Of a stretch of DNA of 64,000 bases, positions 61,201 to 64,000 are shown piece after piece. Every line of letters begins with the position of its first letter. Positions within the stretch are counted from its first letter, which is position 1. Under the pieces are notes generated by a model. The model saw only the letters and a program-made list of their open reading frames with translations, was not told the origin of the DNA and made no database searches. Source of the stretch: Phaeosaccion multiseriatum (Eukaryota > Protista > Ochrophyta, other classes); NCBI GenBank assembly GCA_965112735.1, contig OZ218959.1:868001-932000 (forward strand), read 5' to 3'. Made by a program: the position numbers and the translations under genes.

Positions 61201-61702
61201 TCGATTGGACCCCATCTACCTGTCCATCTTCGCGCACCGCTTCATGGGCATCGCTGAGCAGATGGGCCGCACGCTTCAGCGCACCTCCATCAGCGTTAAC
61301 ATCAAGGTAAGGAGGTGTCAGGACAGTGGGGCGGTGGGTATCAGGACGGTGGGGGTGTGGATGGGTGGGTGGGAGGAAGCGGAGGCAGTGTGAGGGAGAA
61401 GAGAGCGCGAGAGAGAGAGAGCGGCAGTGCTGCGACTTACGTTACGGGACAGTTGCTCCACTCCACACCGTGCGCTTTGGTGATGCTAAAGCGTCGCCAG
61501 TCCTTGTCTTGAGCTCCCTCTGTGTGCTGTCCTGAGCTGAGCTGTGCTGTGCTGTATGACCAACTGCTGCAGGAGCGGCTTGACTTCTCGTGCGCCGTGT
61601 TCGACGCGGCGGGGGGGCTCGTGGCCAACGCGCCGCACCTTCCCGTACACCTCGGGGCCATGCAGGTACGTGACAAACGGCAAGTGTGTGTGCGTGTGTG
61701 TG

Positions 61703-61741
<39 letters not shown>

Positions 61742-62188
61742 GTGTGTGCGTGTGTGTGCGTGTGTGTGCGTGCGTGTGTGTACTTTGGGCGCTTCTCTTT
61801 CCTTGACTTCATGCACCACTTCGCTGAAGGACTTCATTTGCGCTTTGCTGCCCCCCCCCCCCCCCCCCCCCTGGGTTTCTCCTCCCCCGGGGTCTCAGGA
61901 AGCCGTGAAGTTCCAGGTGGCGGAGTGGGGCTCATCGCTGTCCCCGGGGGACGTGCTGCTGTCCAACCACCCCCAGCTGGCGGGGGGCAGTCATCTCCCC
62001 GACATCACTGTCATCACCCCCATTTTCCAGGCCCGGGAAGGGGAAGGGGCTGCGAGTAACGGAGGGTGAGGACATGGAACATGCGCTTTCCTCACTCGCA
62101 AGGGGTCGGAAGCGTCACACCCCCCCCCTCTGTCAATGTAATGTGTGCTGCCCCACCCCCCACCTCCTCCCTTCGCTGCCCTCTCTTC

Positions 62189-62231
<43 letters not shown>

Positions 62232-64000
62232 CCTCCCTCCAGTCCTCTCTTCTTCGTTGCGTCTCGGGGGCACCATGCCGACGTGGGAGGCATCGCTCCG
62301 GGCTCCATGCCGCCCATGAGCAAGACCCTGGAGGAGGAGGGGGCAGCCATCAAGGCATTCAAGATCGTGCAGAATGGAGAGTTTCAGGTCAGGAAGGAGG
62401 GAGGAGTGGAAGACTCAGGAGAGAGAGAGTGTGTGTGTGTAAGGGGGTAAGGGGCTGCGCAAGTCTCTTGGATGAAACACTGACTTTGAGCCTGGTGCCT
62501 GCCTGTCCTTCCCCTCTTCTCTCAGGAGGAAGCCATCTCCCGTCTGCTGCGGCGCGAAGGGGCGTCTCTGCCGGAGGGGAATGTGGGCACGAGGAACCTC
62601 AGCGATAACCTCAGCGACCTTCGAGCTCAAGTGGCGGCCAACACCAAGGGCAGGGGCTTACTGCAAGGCCTCATTAAGGAGTACGGACTCGCCGTCGTGC
62701 AGGTAGGGGGGGTAAGGGAGGGAGTAGCGATCACGCCACACCACACCACAGCGCTCCGCACCACACCAGTCCACACCACACCACACACCACACCACAGCC
62801 TGCTGTTGAATGGCCAACTACTCTGTTCTCCAACTGCTGCTGTATGATCACCAACTGCCGCTGCCTCACCAACTGCTGCACAGGCGTACATGGGGCACAT
62901 TCAGGAGAACGCGGAGACGGCCGTGAGGGCCATGCTCAAGGACTTCGCCAGGCGACAGGTGAGGAGCTGAGAGGGGAGGGGACAGTGCTAGCTAGGAGGA
63001 GGAGGAGGAGGAGGAGGAGGAGGAGGAGCAGAAGGAGGAGGAGGAGCAGCAGCAGCATGAGGAGGAGGAGGAGGAGGAGGAGGAGGAGGAGGAGCAGCAG
63101 CAGCAGCATGAGGAGGAGGACGGCGAATAGACACTCAGCAAGGCTGTGAGCGTGGTCCTCCCTTCTCTCTTGCCTCAAATGCGATGCATCAGATCATTCC
63201 ATCGATCGATCCATCCATCCACGCCATTGTATTGTGCTCCCCTGAGGAGCGAGGACGAGAAGGAGAGGGCTCTATCTATACCCTGTGTGTGCTCTGTGCT
63301 GAGGAAGAGAAGGAGAGAGCTATCACATCTGTGCTACTCCGTTCCCTCTCGCCTGCCCCCCCGGGCTCTGTCCAGGGCTAAGAATTGAAATTCTTTATCT
63401 CTCTGTGTGTGTGCGTGTGTGCAGGGCCTGGGTTCTGTAGGCACGGTGCGCGCTGTGGACTACCTCGACGACGGGTCGCCCATCCGCCTCGCTGTCACCG
63501 TGGACAGCACAGACGGAAGCGCCATCTTCGACTTCGAAGGCACCGGCCCTGAGGTACGTCAGCACTAAGGGTCTCCTCCCCCTCCTCCTCCTCCTTGAGC
63601 AGATACGACGAGAACCCCCTTTACCTCCCTCTCTTTTCACGGGCCTAAATCAAGCTCTTTCTTCACCCCCATCCCTCATTTCTTCTCTTTAGATGTACGG
63701 CAACTTGAACGCCCCCCCCGCTGTGACGGCCTCGGCCATCATCTACGCTCTGCGCTGCCTTGTACCGGACGCAGATATACCCCTCAACCAGGTAAGGGTA
63801 GAAAAGGGTACATAAGGGTTCATAAGGGTACATGCGAGTACTTGAAATATGAGTGAAGCTCTCCTCTGGCCTGCCCGTGCCCTCACTGCGTGTCTCACTG
63901 CCTCACTGCCTCACTGCATCACTGCCTCACTACCTCACTGCCTCACTGCCTCATTGCCTCACTGCATCACTGCATCACTGCCTCCCTGCCTCAATGCATC
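54610..64000 (+). CDS. OPLAH: 5-oxoprolinase (ATP-hydrolysing), many introns, runs off the window end
   Basis: [102 protein letters not shown]|[39 protein letters not shown]. Confidence 0.96.
57830..58112 (+). repeat. Intronic degenerate (CTACTCGCT/CTACTCTCT)n repeat
   Basis: Seen directly. Confidence 0.85.
58731..58872 (+). repeat. 40-bp tandem repeat x3.5 at an intron 3' end
   Basis: CACTGCCATCCCTCTCTGTCCTATTGTGGCCTAAACCATG units at 58731, 58771, 58811 and (partial) 58851. Confidence 0.93.
63881..64000 (+). repeat. Intronic 8-bp (CCTCACTG)n repeat
   Basis: Seen directly. Confidence 0.9.

Overview
Eukaryotic, GC-rich, intron-dense nuclear DNA full of microsatellites. It is most likely an ochrophyte (stramenopile) alga, because four genes start with a signal peptide followed by an ASAFAP-like 'A/C-F' plastid-targeting motif. 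About 15 host genes can be reconstructed by hand-splicing: an SV2-like MFS transporter, DBP7/DDX31 helicase, a small thylakoid-type protein, mitochondrial uS5m, EXD3/Mut-7 exonuclease, MRT4, transportin-3, an MDR oxidoreductase-thioredoxin fusion, a FAM194/Trx/receiver-like protein, a 2Fe-2S ferredoxin-domain protein, an EF-hand protein, a GTPBP1/2 N-terminal-domain protein, two unknown proteins, and a 3'-truncated 5-oxoprolinase. An internally deleted hAT transposon lies at 53387-54374. The most striking signal is an unclassified repeat family present three times (about 5640-7670 +, about 40940-41660 +, about 49600-51405 -), each copy lying between convergent host genes. The two longer copies carry an intronless ORF of unknown function (330-400 aa, KEN box, no transposase, RT, HUH or RuvC motif that I can recognise). 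The ORF is followed by a collinear ~700-bp non-coding tail that looks better conserved than the ORF and contains TTTAGGG, a 7-nt GGGTAnn G-quadruplex-type array and a conserved hairpin. The third copy is degenerate and has acquired TTAGGG repeats. Also notable: exon 1 of the MFS gene appears to be a shuffled paralog of exon 1 of the nearby thylakoid-type gene. All alignments and gene models were made by eye; no database searches were run.
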